A stretch of 63,575 nucleotides of DNA, filler included, from Sphacelaria rigidula (taxonomy: Eukaryota): assembly GCA_964200075.2 (NCBI GenBank). It is 10 parts of 10 records of this genome, joined end to end, with 100 filler letters (N's around TTAATTAATTAA, not from the genome) between each part and the next. Parts side by side here need not be neighbours in the genome. Positions count along the whole stretch, not along the records: positions 19,105 to 25,372 come from CAXNAA020021121.1; positions 25,473 to 31,740 come from CAXNAA020021122.1; positions 31,841 to 38,107 come from CAXNAA020021123.1; 7 more parts are not named here. The stretch is one strand, 5' to 3'. The notes under the pieces were generated by a model. The model did not search any database. It worked only from the letters and a program-made list of their open reading frames with translations, and was not told the origin of the DNA. The position numbers were made by a program, and so were the translations under genes. Below, in pieces: positions 25,101 through 37,775 of the stretch; the stretch's first letter is position 1; each line of letters begins with the position of its first letter.

Positions 25101-26636
25101 TACACCTCCGACATTCCGGCGCTCATTACGTTTCTTCCATAGTTCATTACGTTTCTTCCATAAATTGCACAAAACCTTTCACATATCTTATCACCCGTCT
25201 TGTGTCGCCGTCTGTGGCCACCATCTAACTCCTGGTATAGCGTGTACCGGGGGAGAGATAGAGGGGTTGATCACTTGAGACCACGGACTCGTCCCGAGGG
25301 AGGGGGGGGGTTGAAAGTGCGTCACATAATAAAATAATAATGAATAAAAATAAATAAATATGCGTATATTGGNNNNNNNNNNNNNNNNNNNNNNNNNNNN
25401 NNNNNNNNNNNNNNNNTTAATTAATTAANNNNNNNNNNNNNNNNNNNNNNNNNNNNNNNNNNNNNNNNNNNNGTTGTTTTACATAGTCCGTGGGGTCGAG
25501 TGCGCCCCCCCTCGCGGGCGGCAGATACTGGCGTGCCCCCCCCCCCCCCCCCCTATCGTAGGATGACCATATATTCCCTGCCTTTTTGGTGTCCAGCATG
25601 AACAAAAACGATGTACCGACATGTGATGCCACGGTAGGGGTGTACAAATATTTTTCCGAGGTTGTAATTGTAAGGAGCCCTATTCATCCACGACACGACT
25701 CACGATTCATGTGAGAGTACGCCAGGAATACTGTTCCAATGTGATACCCCGAATGAATTTGCAAACGAAGGTGGCCTGACTCATGATCTTGTGCATTAAG
25801 AATCATTAGGAGCTCCTGAACCAGGTAGGCTTTTGCGCAAAAAGTGCACCCTTAACGTAGCATTGACCGTGGCATTGCTCCGACACTAAACAAGCAGCAT
25901 CGTCTTCTCTATATGTTTGCTCGTGCCTAAAGACTTGTGGACGCAGCTTACCGTTGCCACCGGTCACCACACCTCACACATAACATTTACCTCGCTGCTC
26001 TGTCACGGGCGACAGTCTTGTGCTGTGCAAGCAACGGCGCAGCGGCAGCACTGACCGCATCTCAAGGGGATTTTGCTGTGCAGGAGGTCATCATGCATGT
26101 AGTCAGATATGGTACAGTAACGTGTAGTACAGCACAGTCCTGTTGGCCAAAATCAGGTTCTTTCTTTCGCAAGCATTCACCAACGCGGAAGGCACACCTA
26201 GGGTACGGCACCGCAGCAGAATGCTGAGAATCGCAGTGTATTCAAACAACCGCTAGCAGTAGTACGGATCAGTGGATCCTTCCCATCATCACTGTCCATG
26301 TGTTCACAGGTCATCGTGTTTGGAGCGCATGCGCAATACTGTTGTACATGCCGATAGGAGTAAAGCCCGTACGGTACGAAATCGCTGTGAGACTTACTAT
26401 CCCTGCATGCCGAACAGAGAAAAACCGTGAGTAGAACATCGGGAATCACATAACACGGAGTGGGTTGCAACAAATAGCAACGGAAGTTCACCCCTTTGTG
26501 CACTCAGCCCTGCTTGGTTCGAAATGGTCACGTTTGTTCATGGCCGTTCTCGGTTTTATCCTGAAAGATGTCGCCACTTGCTCGAACTCTTACTTCTTGA
26601 CGCGGCTGTTTTTTTGTGCATCCACCACTACCACAG

Positions 26637-29346
26637 GTTGGCTACTGTGTATCTAGAAGAAGAGAAAAATCGGATTATTCGGCTGCGAAAAATCAAGTCG
26701 GTGCTGGCATCCGGAAACTATATAGGCGCTGCCGCGCCTTCGAAGACCATCAATACCCAAAATAACAGAAGGAGACGGCGACCGCACCCAGACTCACTGC
26801 ATCAAGCCCCCACGTACACCAATCGAAGTCGCCACGATCCCCAATCTTCGCTGGCTCCAAAGTGCCCTCAGCGTTTGTTTGGGAACATCGTTCCCTTACT
26901 CCCGGCAACGCTGGAGGTGTCTACTACTCTCGAACACAAAGACAACAACAAGCAGCACCATCAGACGGACGGGAGTCCTCGCTACGATTATGCTTCGGCT
27001 GCGCGAAGCCACACAAACTCTCACGACGAATCTCGAGGAGAAGACACCGGAACAAAGTTCAAGCACACAGCACCGTTACCTGACGGTCGTGGCGTTCCTC
27101 TCGTCCACGAAATCGCAAACAACTGTGGAGATGGACACTCACGTTCACGGAGACATAGTCAAGAGTTTCAGCATCCTTCGGGTGTCAACGCATTTCTGGG
27201 CCCTCATGGCGATGTTTTCCAGCAGAAGTCGCATTCGGAGGTGGCCAACGCCTCCAGCAGCACCGTAAAAGATAACAATATGGCAGTGAGCTCGGGAGCT
27301 TCCGCCATTGATCTTTTCGACCAGTGTGGCCTTGTACCCGCAGCTGCCGTGGAGTTTGCCGGGCTGGTGGGTACTTCTCGCGAAGAAAATCAGCGGGCTG
27401 TCGACAGCAGTCCCGATATAGATAGTGCGGCAGCAAATGGCAGGGAACCAATACCGCAGGGGTCTTTGTCTACGCCAGCGGTGCCTTCATTATCCATTAA
27501 GCCGCCGCTAGCCCCACGAGTATCCGCTGGTATGCGAGGCAGGCACGGTCTACAACAACGCGACCTCGGAGATACCACCGATTCAGCCGGTAACAGGAAT
27601 CGCCGAACGAACGAAAGTGACGTACAAGAGTCAGTTGACAAAGCGAGGCCTCCGTTCTTGGGTGGTGCGGCACTTTCTACCAAAAATCGAGTTTCTCCTA
27701 CTTACGGAGTGCGGCGGGGTGTGGAGGTTGAGCTTGGCAAAACAGTGCGAGGAGCAGTTCCAGGTGGCGGCGGAAGCACCACGGTGCGGCGGTCTAGGAG
27801 TCCAGGTCACCAGGGTAGTAAGATGTCAGTAATGGTAGGCTCCGCCAACACTAAAGGGGAATCTTCGTCTGGGAGGGTTCGACGTCGGTGGAGTAGCACT
27901 AGTGACGGTAGTGGTGGCGCTCCTGGGGCTAGTGTGAATAAGGTGGCCAACACCACTGGACGGGCGGGGGCGGTGAGAAAGGAAGGTAGAGGAGACGAAA
28001 TCGCAGCAACGACATCGTCACGGATAGCAAGCGCACAGGCACAACTCCGGAAGGACAAGGACTTAGAAGCACTGAAATCGGAACATGTCGAGGCGCTGTC
28101 CATCTTGCAGGACATCAACGCCCCGTCGATCGCCGCTCCTCAGGAAAATTTAGCCGAGAAGCGAAAAAGTGGGGAGGAGAAAGTCGCAAAATCGAAATCT
28201 AATATCACCAATCTCGCCGGGAGAAAAAATTCGACAACACGCGCTTCGGTGAGTATTGCTGAGAAAGTTGAAACAAGGGCTGGGAGTAGCAGTGCTGCCG
28301 ACGTGAATTTCGATGACCTATCAGCCAACCTACCGCGCATCGGATCCCGAGAACAAGCTGTCCTGCGAACCTTGTACCGGAAGTGGTGGATGAAGATAGC
28401 GAATGATGGAGTGTATTTACCCCCATCAACCCCAGACGCGGTAGATATGCTCGAGACAGGTTTGGAAGAAAATCGACTTGACAAGCAGATCGATGATGTC
28501 TCGACTGCGGACGCTTCATCAGTCGGACCGAAGAAACCAGCGGAGACTATAGCAAACCCCTATGGCATCGAGGGTGTCAGCGACAACCAAGGCAGAAGCG
28601 AAGGCTCTCAGCCAGATGCTTTCATCTGGGAGAGCACGATAGGTGCTGTAGGTATGGAGAAGCCCAGACTTCCTGTTCACCCAATAACGGGCGGTACATA
28701 CAAGCATGAGGGTGAGTCGAGAGTGGGGGAAGGGGCGGAGCCTGCAGGGAAGGACGAAGTACATGATAGTGTCACGAACACGTCCGGGGATGCCGAGGGC
28801 TGCAACGGGGACGACAAGGGGTCTGACAAGAGTATACCAGAGCTTGCAGCCTCCTCGACTCACGAAACACCAGAAGAATTCAGCTCGGATAGGTCATCAT
28901 CATCCGATGCCAACAACCGAGTGCCGGATATACCAAATGGAACGTCTTACGCTGACGTGCGATCGGGAGAGAGCTACGCACCGCGCCCAACAAACATCAA
29001 AACCCCAGATGAAAGTACCCCTATTTCAAGCCGAATCCCTCAATCGTCGGTGACGATACCATCACCGTCGACGGAGACTTGCCCTGCAGAGAAAGCACCA
29101 TTGGGGCAGCCCCAGCAGCGGCATGAATCCGATCCCAATGTTGTCCCCGATGATGACGGCTTGACAACAGGCGAAGAGGAAGGTTTGCACGGTCGTATAT
29201 ACCTTTCCGACGGAAGATTCGTTTCTACCCGCCGTTACAGTAGTAAGAATGTCATGGGCGCAGGGGATGAGATTATGGACAGAGATTCCACAGCCTCTGA
29301 CGCGAGCGATTCTTCGGAATACGACGACGAGGATTTTGAGGCGTAA
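26637..29346 (+). CDS. Large terminal exon of a hypothetical, mostly disordered Ser/Gly/Asp-rich protein
   Basis: 2.7-kb stop-free frame. Acceptor ...caccacag|GTTG at 26637. Short helical islands (RLATVYLEEEKNRIIRLRKIK, LKSEHVEALSIL, LRTLYRKWW). Acidic end EYDDEDFEA*. Confidence 0.85.
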
Positions 29347-29861
29347 AACACGTGTACATTCCTACTTGAAATGGAGCATGATTTACTTGCAAGGATGAGG
29401 GCTGTTGCAAGCATGTCTCCGATGTATTCCATGCAGGAAGCGAGCGTTGGTCTAGACACACCACCACCATGAACAACGTAGCGACTTCCGACTGCGCTGC
29501 CTTCACCGGCGGCTCTGAACACTTGGAAGGTCCGACGATTGCATGCGTTTTCCCGTAATCATCAATTCATCGTGTCCATCTCTCCGCCCCTCGTCACGCG
29601 ATCGTTGCACAACCACCAAGACAAAATTTAAGTCATTCGAGTAAAAGCGCTCAAAGCCAAAAAGACTCGCCGGCTGAAGATGCTGAATTGCCTACCCGTC
29701 AGAGCGGACAGTCCACACAATGTCCCCCAGATGCGCTCGAATTCGGTGCACGCATTCAAAATTTCGACGACCCAATTCTCCTTGCTTCAGCGCGTCACAT
29801 GACCTCAGGACTACACCGCAGCACACAGCAGAATGATGACGCAGCTGATGCATGAACGATG

Positions 29862-29972
29862 TCATACGGGTACAGTCTCCTCGGCCTTAGTCTGAACCAC
29901 CACGCCACCAGTGTCAGATCGAAACACTCTCAGCTTGGGATCGTTGTACACCACAAAAGTCGTACCCTTACC
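29862..29972 (-). CDS. PAP/fibrillin-family protein, last exon
   Basis: cag|GKGTTFVVYNDPKLRVFRSDTGGVVVQTKAEETVPV*. Matches the fibrillin C-terminal G...Y.D..LR..R...G motif. Confidence 0.85.
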   Translation of the reverse strand, partial: GKGTTFVVYNDPKLRVFRSDTGGVVVQTKAEETVPV

Positions 29973-30373
29973 CTGGGGTGGCGGTTGACACAGGTGTGAG
30001 GTACGCGTATGGGAACGACGGCCGAACAATCAGCTTTGTGTCAGCTTGGTCAAAACGTGAATGTTATCTAGTATTCAGGGGATCATTAAATTATTGACGG
30101 GAACATACAGAATCTCACGGAATAAGCACGTAGTGAACGTCATGCCCGTTGATTCCAGAAGTGAAAATCGTCTATGCTATTTACGATACGCAGCAGCCGC
30201 ACACTTTGAGAATGACCAAGGATGCTGGGGAAAACATAACTCTTGGTCCCGTGCAATGCGGTCAGACTTGAAACGACCGGGGGCCACCGCAATCGACAAG
30301 ATAGACAACACCCAGCCTAGGAACACGCACATCGTCCAAGTGCAGGACACCAGCCGGGGAACTCGGTGCTTAC

Positions 30374-30442
30374 CTTGATGAAGTCGAGAGGGAATTTTTG
30401 GCCTAGGGCGTGAAGCCACGCGCCATAAACCTCCACGTTTAC
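30374..30442 (-). CDS. PAP/fibrillin-family protein, exon
   Basis: tag|VNVEVYGAWLHALGQKFPLDFIK|gtaagc, phase 0. Confidence 0.8.
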
Positions 30443-30715
30443 CTACGCATGCGTTTGCCGTTGTTCCACAGAGCGAGCGAGGGAGGCAATGTTGAGTGTA
30501 ATAGTTAAATCGACAAAAAAAACAGGGATACGAGGAGCGTGAGGAGAACCGACAACGGCGCTGAAATTGAAACATGACTGCGCCACCCACGCCGTAGGTG
30601 ATACGGTTCACTCCTGCTAGGGTACCACAGGGGCAAACAAGCAACACCGTTGTGGCCGCAGAAAGTCCAGCATTGCACAACCGCAGCTTGCCAGTAAGGT
30701 GCATGTCGACAATAC

Positions 30716-30820
30716 CTCGTATGGCAGTTCCTTGCTCTTGCTAGCTGGGGTGCTTCGTCCATCGACCGTCACGTACAGTTTTTCGCCAAATGCCTGGGCG
30801 ATGTTCGTCACGGATCCATC
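30716..30820 (-). CDS. PAP/fibrillin-family protein, exon
   Basis: cag|DGSVTNIAQAFGEKLYVTVDGRSTPASKSKELPYE|gtattg, phase 0. Confidence 0.85.
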
Positions 30821-31087
30821 CTGCCCCGCCAGCAACAACAAATCACGGGCATGGTGTAACACGTCGGTTGTGAGTCGCGGCTTATACTGTATTGCTCCGT
30901 TGGGAAACTTAGCATGCTCTGCCATCGAGGTACATCAGTAGAGCAGCTATGTTTCTTTTCACGACAATGCAACAACTCAAACTGCGGGTCATCGGCAACT
31001 GTCAAAGAGTTCAGTGCCACGCGAGAAACGTGTGCTTGCTCTAGAGTGACGTGGCCGATGATAGCGGGAACATAACGTCAGCCACAC

Positions 31088-31228
31088 CTTCTTATACCAT
31101 TGGTACGCCCGATTGTCGGCGACATTGTTGAACGGGTCGAAATAGCGCTGCCACGCCGTGTTGGTCTTCCAGAGCACACGCCACGGACCGTCGTAAAGGT
31201 AGTCTTCGTTGAAGGGAACCCCCGCTGC
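31088..31228 (-). CDS. PAP/fibrillin-family protein, first visible exon (5' exons absent from the contig)
   Basis: ttttgcag|AAGVPFNEDYLYDGPWRVLWKTNTAWQRYFDPFNNVADNRAYQWYKK|gtgtgg. Contains the lipocalin-like G-x-W-x-L motif. Confidence 0.85.
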
Positions 31229-31840
31229 CTGCAAAAAACGGTCGCAAGTTCAAGTGAAGGAGAGAGTTGAGAACTTGCCACGCATATAGTTTTTTGTTGT
31301 TTCGTCACGCTTTTGATCCTCCTCCTCCCTCCGCGGGACGAGTCCGTGGTCTCAAGGAGTCAACCCATCTTTCCCCGAGCACACGCCTTGCATTTTGGTA
31401 TCGCGGATTGAATCAGCACTCCCGCACCGCGTCCACTCTCGTCAGACAAACTCAGTAAAAAAAAAAATGTTACTCACATCCTCACGCTGTGAACGACGGA
31501 TATCAGGTATTTTGCAGGAAAAATCGATACTAGCCGCGTCTGGAAGAAGTCGAACCCACATTGTTTCCGACATATCGCCGCGCCCCAGTGGTGTAATGGT
31601 CCGACTGTCGCCAATAGGGTGGACAGGACGAGAGTTCCGAGGGTCGGACAAATCAATGATTTGTCTGGAAATTACTTGGTTTTAGTGTAATTGATTTGAA
31701 TCGTACGAATCAATCCTTAGGCTTTGTTTTCAGCGTTGCANNNNNNNNNNNNNNNNNNNNNNNNNNNNNNNNNNNNNNNNNNNNTTAATTAATTAANNNN
31801 NNNNNNNNNNNNNNNNNNNNNNNNNNNNNNNNNNNNNNNN

Positions 31841-31962
31841 TCCGCGGCTACCTTCTTCATCTCTTCTTTCGCCACGAGGCGCATGGCTGACGCGCCAGCT
31901 GCGCCGCCAAGCCCGACCCCGGCGGCGATGAGGTGACCGGCGGCAAGCACCGGCAAAGGCAT
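31841..31962 (-). CDS. Putative N-terminal coding segment running off the contig
   Basis: GC-rich MPLPVLAAGHLIAAGVGLGGAAGASAMRLVAKEEMKKVAA. An acceptor-like cag|gtg lies at 31992. Confidence 0.45.
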
Positions 31963-34741
31963 ATTTCTCCCCAGTCTCCTCTGCTTCTCCACCTGCCTGC
32001 CGCCTGGGCACGTGAGACGAGGTGAAGGACGTGGGGCGGGGGATGGAAAGCGGTCTAGTCAAGTGAACTACAGGACTGTGGCAGTCGAAATCTTATCGAA
32101 GTTGACCTCTCGCTGCTCGGCACTCTGAGGCGTCATACTGCACATCACCCGCACACTCTTGTTCTTACAGATTTACAGTACGTGTAGCAGACTCTTGCTC
32201 TTTGTGCCCCTCGGTAGACTGAACAGACAGCCCACTGGCAACAAACGTGAGGCAGGAGGTGGCGAAACGGAACATCGCCGCCAAGACGCATCACTGAAAT
32301 TTCGGCAGCTACTCAGCGCGAGAAAACAGCATGGCTAAATTATCTCTCAGCAGAAGTGTGCCTACCCCCACACTTGGTGCACTTGCTTTACACTACAGTA
32401 GTACACAAGATACGTATACAGCGTACCGGGTCTGCCAGGGAGAAGCTAAAATAGGCCACCTTTGCTTTATTAGTCAGGTGTGCGACGGCATCATGCGAAG
32501 CTGCCTTCTTTTGAACCTGTCTCCCACAATCCCATCTGTCAGACCAAATCTAAATATTTACACCATCGACGCAAGGAGGTGATAAATGGCAAACGGCTGT
32601 GTTTCATGCTCTTCAAGCCCATCTTTCACAGCTCGCTGCCAGCACCGTCCGGTTTTTCGAGCGCGATGTTGTACATGGATTGAACGATACAACGCGCAGA
32701 AGTGCCACAGCACCCGCCTACAAGTCATCAGTACGCCGTGCGCGGCGCGCGATCCAGCGCTAATCAAGCCGCACAAGTCCTACATCGAACTGCTCCTCCC
32801 GGGATCCACCATCTACCTCACGGCCCAGCCCCCCAGCGGCAACTGCTGCGTACTCAACCGATCCTATTCTGAAACCAAGTCAAACCTACGGAGTGTGTAC
32901 ACCGCTCTCTAGGGCTGGCAACAAATGCAAATGTGTCTTGTGCCCCGACGCGTTGTTGGAAGGGGGCATAACTAAGCTAAAGTACCATCAAGGCCGAAGT
33001 AAGAGCTGCAATAAACACATAACGCACGCACCTGCACTGCACTGCACCGATCACCTCCCAGGATCCAGCAATCCTCTTCTCTACCCCGACCGCCCGGTTT
33101 GTTGGTGTGCGCAACTTCCAGGCTTTTCAGTGTCGTTTCGCGCGAAGTTAAGAGATGACTTTCGTATAGAGAACTTGTGTGCCCATCTTGCCCTATCCAC
33201 GGACAATTGATTCGTGGGAGAGGCGTTTTCGTGTTGCTGCTGGTCCAACCATGAATACCAAAAACGGTCAAATGAGGCACATCGCCCACGATTACATGGC
33301 AATAGGTCATCGTGAAACAAGACAAGATCACATTCATCTGTGCGCCTCTACGAAATGTGTTGCTTCGTGTCCCCCCCTTGTGCTGCATATTGCAATAGTC
33401 CGTTACATGCTATGACTTAACTATTGTACCATCTGGTGTCGCTCGCACTTTCAGCTACCTACTACTACTCAAGGAGCGTACGGTACAGTGCGGGCCAGTA
33501 CCGTTGACATTTGCTCACAGTTGCGGTGACGCACTGACTCCGTCGATCGGACAGAGAGAACGAGCGCAGCTCTTCCTTTCTCGATCTCTCTCCAGAGCAA
33601 CAGTACGGCCAAGGTATGGAAAGCTTCAGTGAGGGTTCATCCTGGCGCCCGTATGCTGCTGTTGTTTGGGGACTGAAAGCACACCAACGTCGCAGTAAAG
33701 CAAGGTAATCCGCAAGGTTGCACCTGTACCAAGATATCTCATCACTACTGTATGCATGTAGACCGCGTTGTTGGGCACTACACAGACCAAAGAACACACT
33801 ACCTGCGCAGCGCGTGCGGTTGGAACACGCTTAGCTTGTGTGCTTTCCATCGATATCAGCAGCTGCATGTTCTCGGGGACTCGTACAGGAGCTACAGCAC
33901 AGGCCAGCCATATCTCCGTGTTCTCTTCCACAGCGATATCTTGACAGCACACTAGCGGACAGGAACATACAGCTAGCGAACGAAGTTGCGTAGAGTGTTG
34001 ACGGGCAAGAACACGCGGGGCGGGGGGGGGGGCGGGGGGGGAATATGTCGACAAGGGGGGTACAATTGGCAGCCCTGTCATAAAGCAGAGGGCAACAACG
34101 TGTCCCCACGAGTGTGCGATGCGGTGGAGAAGACGTGGGACGTTTCCCGGCTGACCCACATTTCTCCGACTTATAACGCTCGCAAACAGGCACCACCTTT
34201 CCGAGCGAACAACAAGATACTTTTCCACGGAGGTTTTTTTCACCAAGTTGGCAACGCCTCATATATTATCGCTTTCCCCTTGTCCAAAACCCCGCAAAAC
34301 AAGAAAAACTCCACCCCATCCCATACTCCTTCAAAATATCATTGCCATGCCACCTAATCACCGCCATCAAACTCAAATTACAATATAAACGCACAACACA
34401 GCTTTGAAACAGAAGCATTTGCATCATATCATAGCCTTTTCATCTCAAAAGGGGGGCCTACAGGAGTGCTCTTTGCGTTATGGCGGACTACTTACAGTAC
34501 GGTAGGTGTGCACACAACGAACTGGCCGATCGATATATATATGCATGTATGGTGATTCGCCGTGTGTCCTGTTGGCATAGACGAGGGCTCTATCCCGAAG
34601 TGAGTGCCTTGTCCAGCCATCAAACGAACATCTACGTTTGTGAACGACGCGACCATTACGCTACTCTAGGCCCAGCATACAGTAGTGCACCGCTGATGAC
34701 TGGAGAAAAAAATATGCGAACTAGGATAACTATAATATAAG

Positions 34742-35100
34742 CCGGTCGCCCCGGTGGCTCAGTTTGTAACCTGGAAACCTTCTGACGTTTGGGTTGGGTG
34801 TGGGTTCAAATATTGGAGCGACCTGGGATTTTTTCTCACATCATGCCCAACAGTGGAGAGCGACTATGTCGTGGGTACACAAAATTCGACTCAACGGTCG
34901 ACGAGGGAAAGGGCCTGCTAAACTCCTCTCGCGATCAAAAATAAAGGCAAGCACGGCAGAGGGGAGGTGGAGTACTAAAAACGAACAACAAAGAAATAAC
35001 TCTGGTGATGACCTTCTTCCTGTGTGACCCTGGCTGGCGTGTCCACATATACCGAAAGGTGTAGACCGGCGTCCAGAATAGATGGCACGACAACACACAC
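34742..35100 (+). mobile_element. tRNA-derived SINE
   Basis: A-box TGGCTCAGTTTG, B-box-like GGTTCAAA, conserved body and an ACAACACACAC tail. Homologs at 37395, 44575 and 46573. Confidence 0.85.
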
Positions 35101-35999
35101 TAAAGGTATATTACGCGGTAACGCCTTAAGGGTCACAGACAAATACTCATCAAGGATCGAGACACATTTGACGTGACCGCAGTTGTAGCACAGTATAGTA
35201 AACCGTTGCGGCACGACAAACCAGCAATGTGCTTGAGAGATCGCGGTTTGACTGCGGAGCATCCCGTGGCGACAGGAAACCACGCGTCCCAGTCTATCCT
35301 CACAACCATTGTACAGTAGCAAAAGCTTCTAATCCTCAAGACTTCGCATAGTAAGTACCAGTAGTCCTGTATCAGTCGAGAAATAAAGTGAAACTCTGCT
35401 GCCGACTCAACCACAGGCAATGTCAGGCAATCTGCGGAGGGGTCGCCCGTGAGGACAAAAGTGTGTATCCCAATCTATCTTCACGGGTATTGAACACCAT
35501 TTAGCTGCCGATTATCAACGCTTCACGTATCAAGTACCGGTAGGCACCCTCCATCACTGGAGAAACAAAAGTGAACCCTGCTCCCAAGTTGACCACAGTC
35601 GCTGTCAGTACATCTACGGAGAGGTCGCAGCCAATGGCTCAGCCCACCCTGCTCTGAGCACCGGCAGATGGACATCTGAGTCTGATACAGTGTTTTCTTG
35701 AGGGTCATCATAGTACAACGTGATGGTACTCAAGTTCACCACGAAACAACCAACCGTCGTAGGTCTAGTGATAATGACTCATGGGTTATTATGGACGGCC
35801 CCGTCGCCGCGAAATAAATGTTAATTTGCAAATCATAGAGCGCTTTCACAACTGGAACATGACAGGAAAAGTCGGAACAACGCGTGCGACACTGCGATCG
35901 ATGGAATCCTGTGCCCGATCATGAAGTGACTCGCAATGCTTGTAGTTCCTGAGAACCACGTCAACTCTGGGCTGCAAGCTTAACAGCCCAAACAACCGA

Positions 36000-36420
36000 T
36001 ACTTTCGTCGGTAGTTCACGGGTATGGTTCCAACACTGCCATACATACTTGGCCGCAGTCCATGTCTCGGGGGTTGACTGGAATCTCAAGACGGGGGTCA
36101 AGCGCAATGCAACGAGGGCACACACCGTATCGCAATGCATACCGAATGTCGCGATGAGCATGGAGAAGCCTACACCGCTGTGCACACAAACTCGCCTGGT
36201 TTATACGGAATTGGAGAGAGCTCATCATCCACCATCGTAGTGTGTAGAACGTACTCAAACATGCGTGCAGCAACTGCAACATGTGTTCGCGAGACCTCAT
36301 CATATAAATTCCGCCGACATGTACATGTGCCTTCCACATCGCGGTCGTTGCCCATCAAACTCCGACCTCCCGCCAGCCGCTTCATATCGCCGATGGAAAT
36401 GTGCACCAAATGATGCATGT
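36000..36420 (-). pseudogene. Possible Mutator (MULE) transposase SWIM-finger relic
   Basis: GTCTCRRNLYDEVSRTHVAVAA (CxC...H with the third Cys lost), followed downstream by PETWTAAKY. Confidence 0.35.
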
Positions 36421-36954
36421 TTTCAACGTTTCCGTGTCCCTCAATGGTTTATTTATCACGCTTTCACCGCTGCCCCGGCTCATCCTGAGCCCCAGCAAAC
36501 CGCAGATGCCTGTGGAGTAGGATGCTGCTTTCCAGTACTATACAGTTGTACTGCCGCCAGTAAACGTCATTCGACCCATGAGTGATGTCATGGTCCGCTT
36601 GAGGGAAAGCGGTCTTGATACAAGTATAAAAACTGGAACTGCTGGCGACGTGGATTGCGTGTAAGAGGGATGTTCGTTCCATTCCAGCAGGTGCTCTGGA
36701 TCCCGCGGAGGGAGGAAAAGAAGGCAATATCGCCTGGTAGTAGCGTATCGCGGAACGAAAGACGAGAGCACGTGTGTGTGGTCAATTTTGCGGCCGTCGT
36801 GCTCATACGGGTGAGATCCGCTTCTTTTGCTTGATCGGGCGGTGGACATTCTCCGTGTTCTGTCGATCTCCGAAACTCTTCCGAAGTACAGTGTATTTCT
36901 TTTCCAAAGGTCGCTCCTCTCATTCATGGTAAACAAGCAGCAAAAACCAAATCT

Positions 36955-37370
36955 GAAAATGTACCTTTTTTTAGCTTTTATATCGTTTGACGCCCTAAAA
37001 GAGATTTAGGTAGAGTTGGACACGTTGCAATGACTTGCTCTACTCGTTGAAGTGGTTCCAAGACATCTTCCCGTTCTCCGGTGGCCGCAATTTTTCTTTA
37101 CGAGATCAAACAAGAACTTTTGTACAAGAACGGTAAAAACTAGCCAAATCTAGAAAAAAAGTGTCCTTCTTCTCTGAACTTGACCGTTCTTGGACGAAAG
37201 CTATATTGCTTGGCCGAAAGAAAAACTGAGAGGTTACCGGAAAACGAGAAGATCTCCTGGAATCTCTTCAACTAGTAGAAGAGTAAGTCATTCCAAGGTG
37301 TCAATCTCCGCCTACTACAGCTCTCATCTAGGGCGTGAAACGACATAGAAGCTCCAAAAAGGCACTTTTT
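36955..37370. mobile_element. Foldback element (long imperfect inverted repeat)
   Basis: Arm ~36955-37135 pairs with ~37180-37370, e.g. TCGTTTGACGCCCTA / TAGGGCGTGAAACGA, AATGACTT / AAGTCATT, CAAGAACGGT / ACCGTTCTTG. Confidence 0.85.
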
Positions 37371-37394
37371 ATCCCAGGTTATCTATTTGTGGCA

Positions 37395-37775
37395 CCGGTC
37401 GCCACGGTCGCTCAGTTGGTAACCTCGTGAGCTTTTGGAGGTTGAATTGTGGGGTTCGATTTCCGGAGCAATCTGGAGTTTTTTCTTTCACCATGTACGA
37501 CAGTGGAGAGCGATTATGTCGTGGGTACACAAAATTTGACTTAACGGTCGACGAGGGAAAGGGACTGCTGAACTCCCCTCGTGATAAAAAATAAAAAGGC
37601 GAGCACCGCAGAAGGAAGGTGGGGTACTGAAAATAAAAACAAAAACAAAAGCCCCTGTGTTGACCTTCCTCCTTTGTGACCCCGGCTGATGCGCGCACAT
37701 ATATATCCCGAAAGGGGTAGACTGGCGCCCAGAATAAATGAGATGACAACACACACGACAACACACACGACAACA
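37395..37775 (+). mobile_element. tRNA-derived SINE, full length
   Basis: CGCTCAGTTGG A-box, GGTTCGATTTCC B-box and a (GACAACACACAC)n tail. Confidence 0.88.

Noticed and set aside
26524..26636. Start codon of the 940-aa ORF
   Set aside because: This segment has a pyrimidine tract and a CAG acceptor, so it is more likely open intron sequence.
33595..33705. Protein-kinase subdomain I-II (AKVWKA...TNVAVK)
   Set aside because: It has an in-frame stop, no Gly-loop, and no downstream HRD or DFG exons were found.
34742..34815. tRNA gene
   Set aside because: A and B boxes are present but there is no cloverleaf. The head continues into a shared SINE body in several copies.
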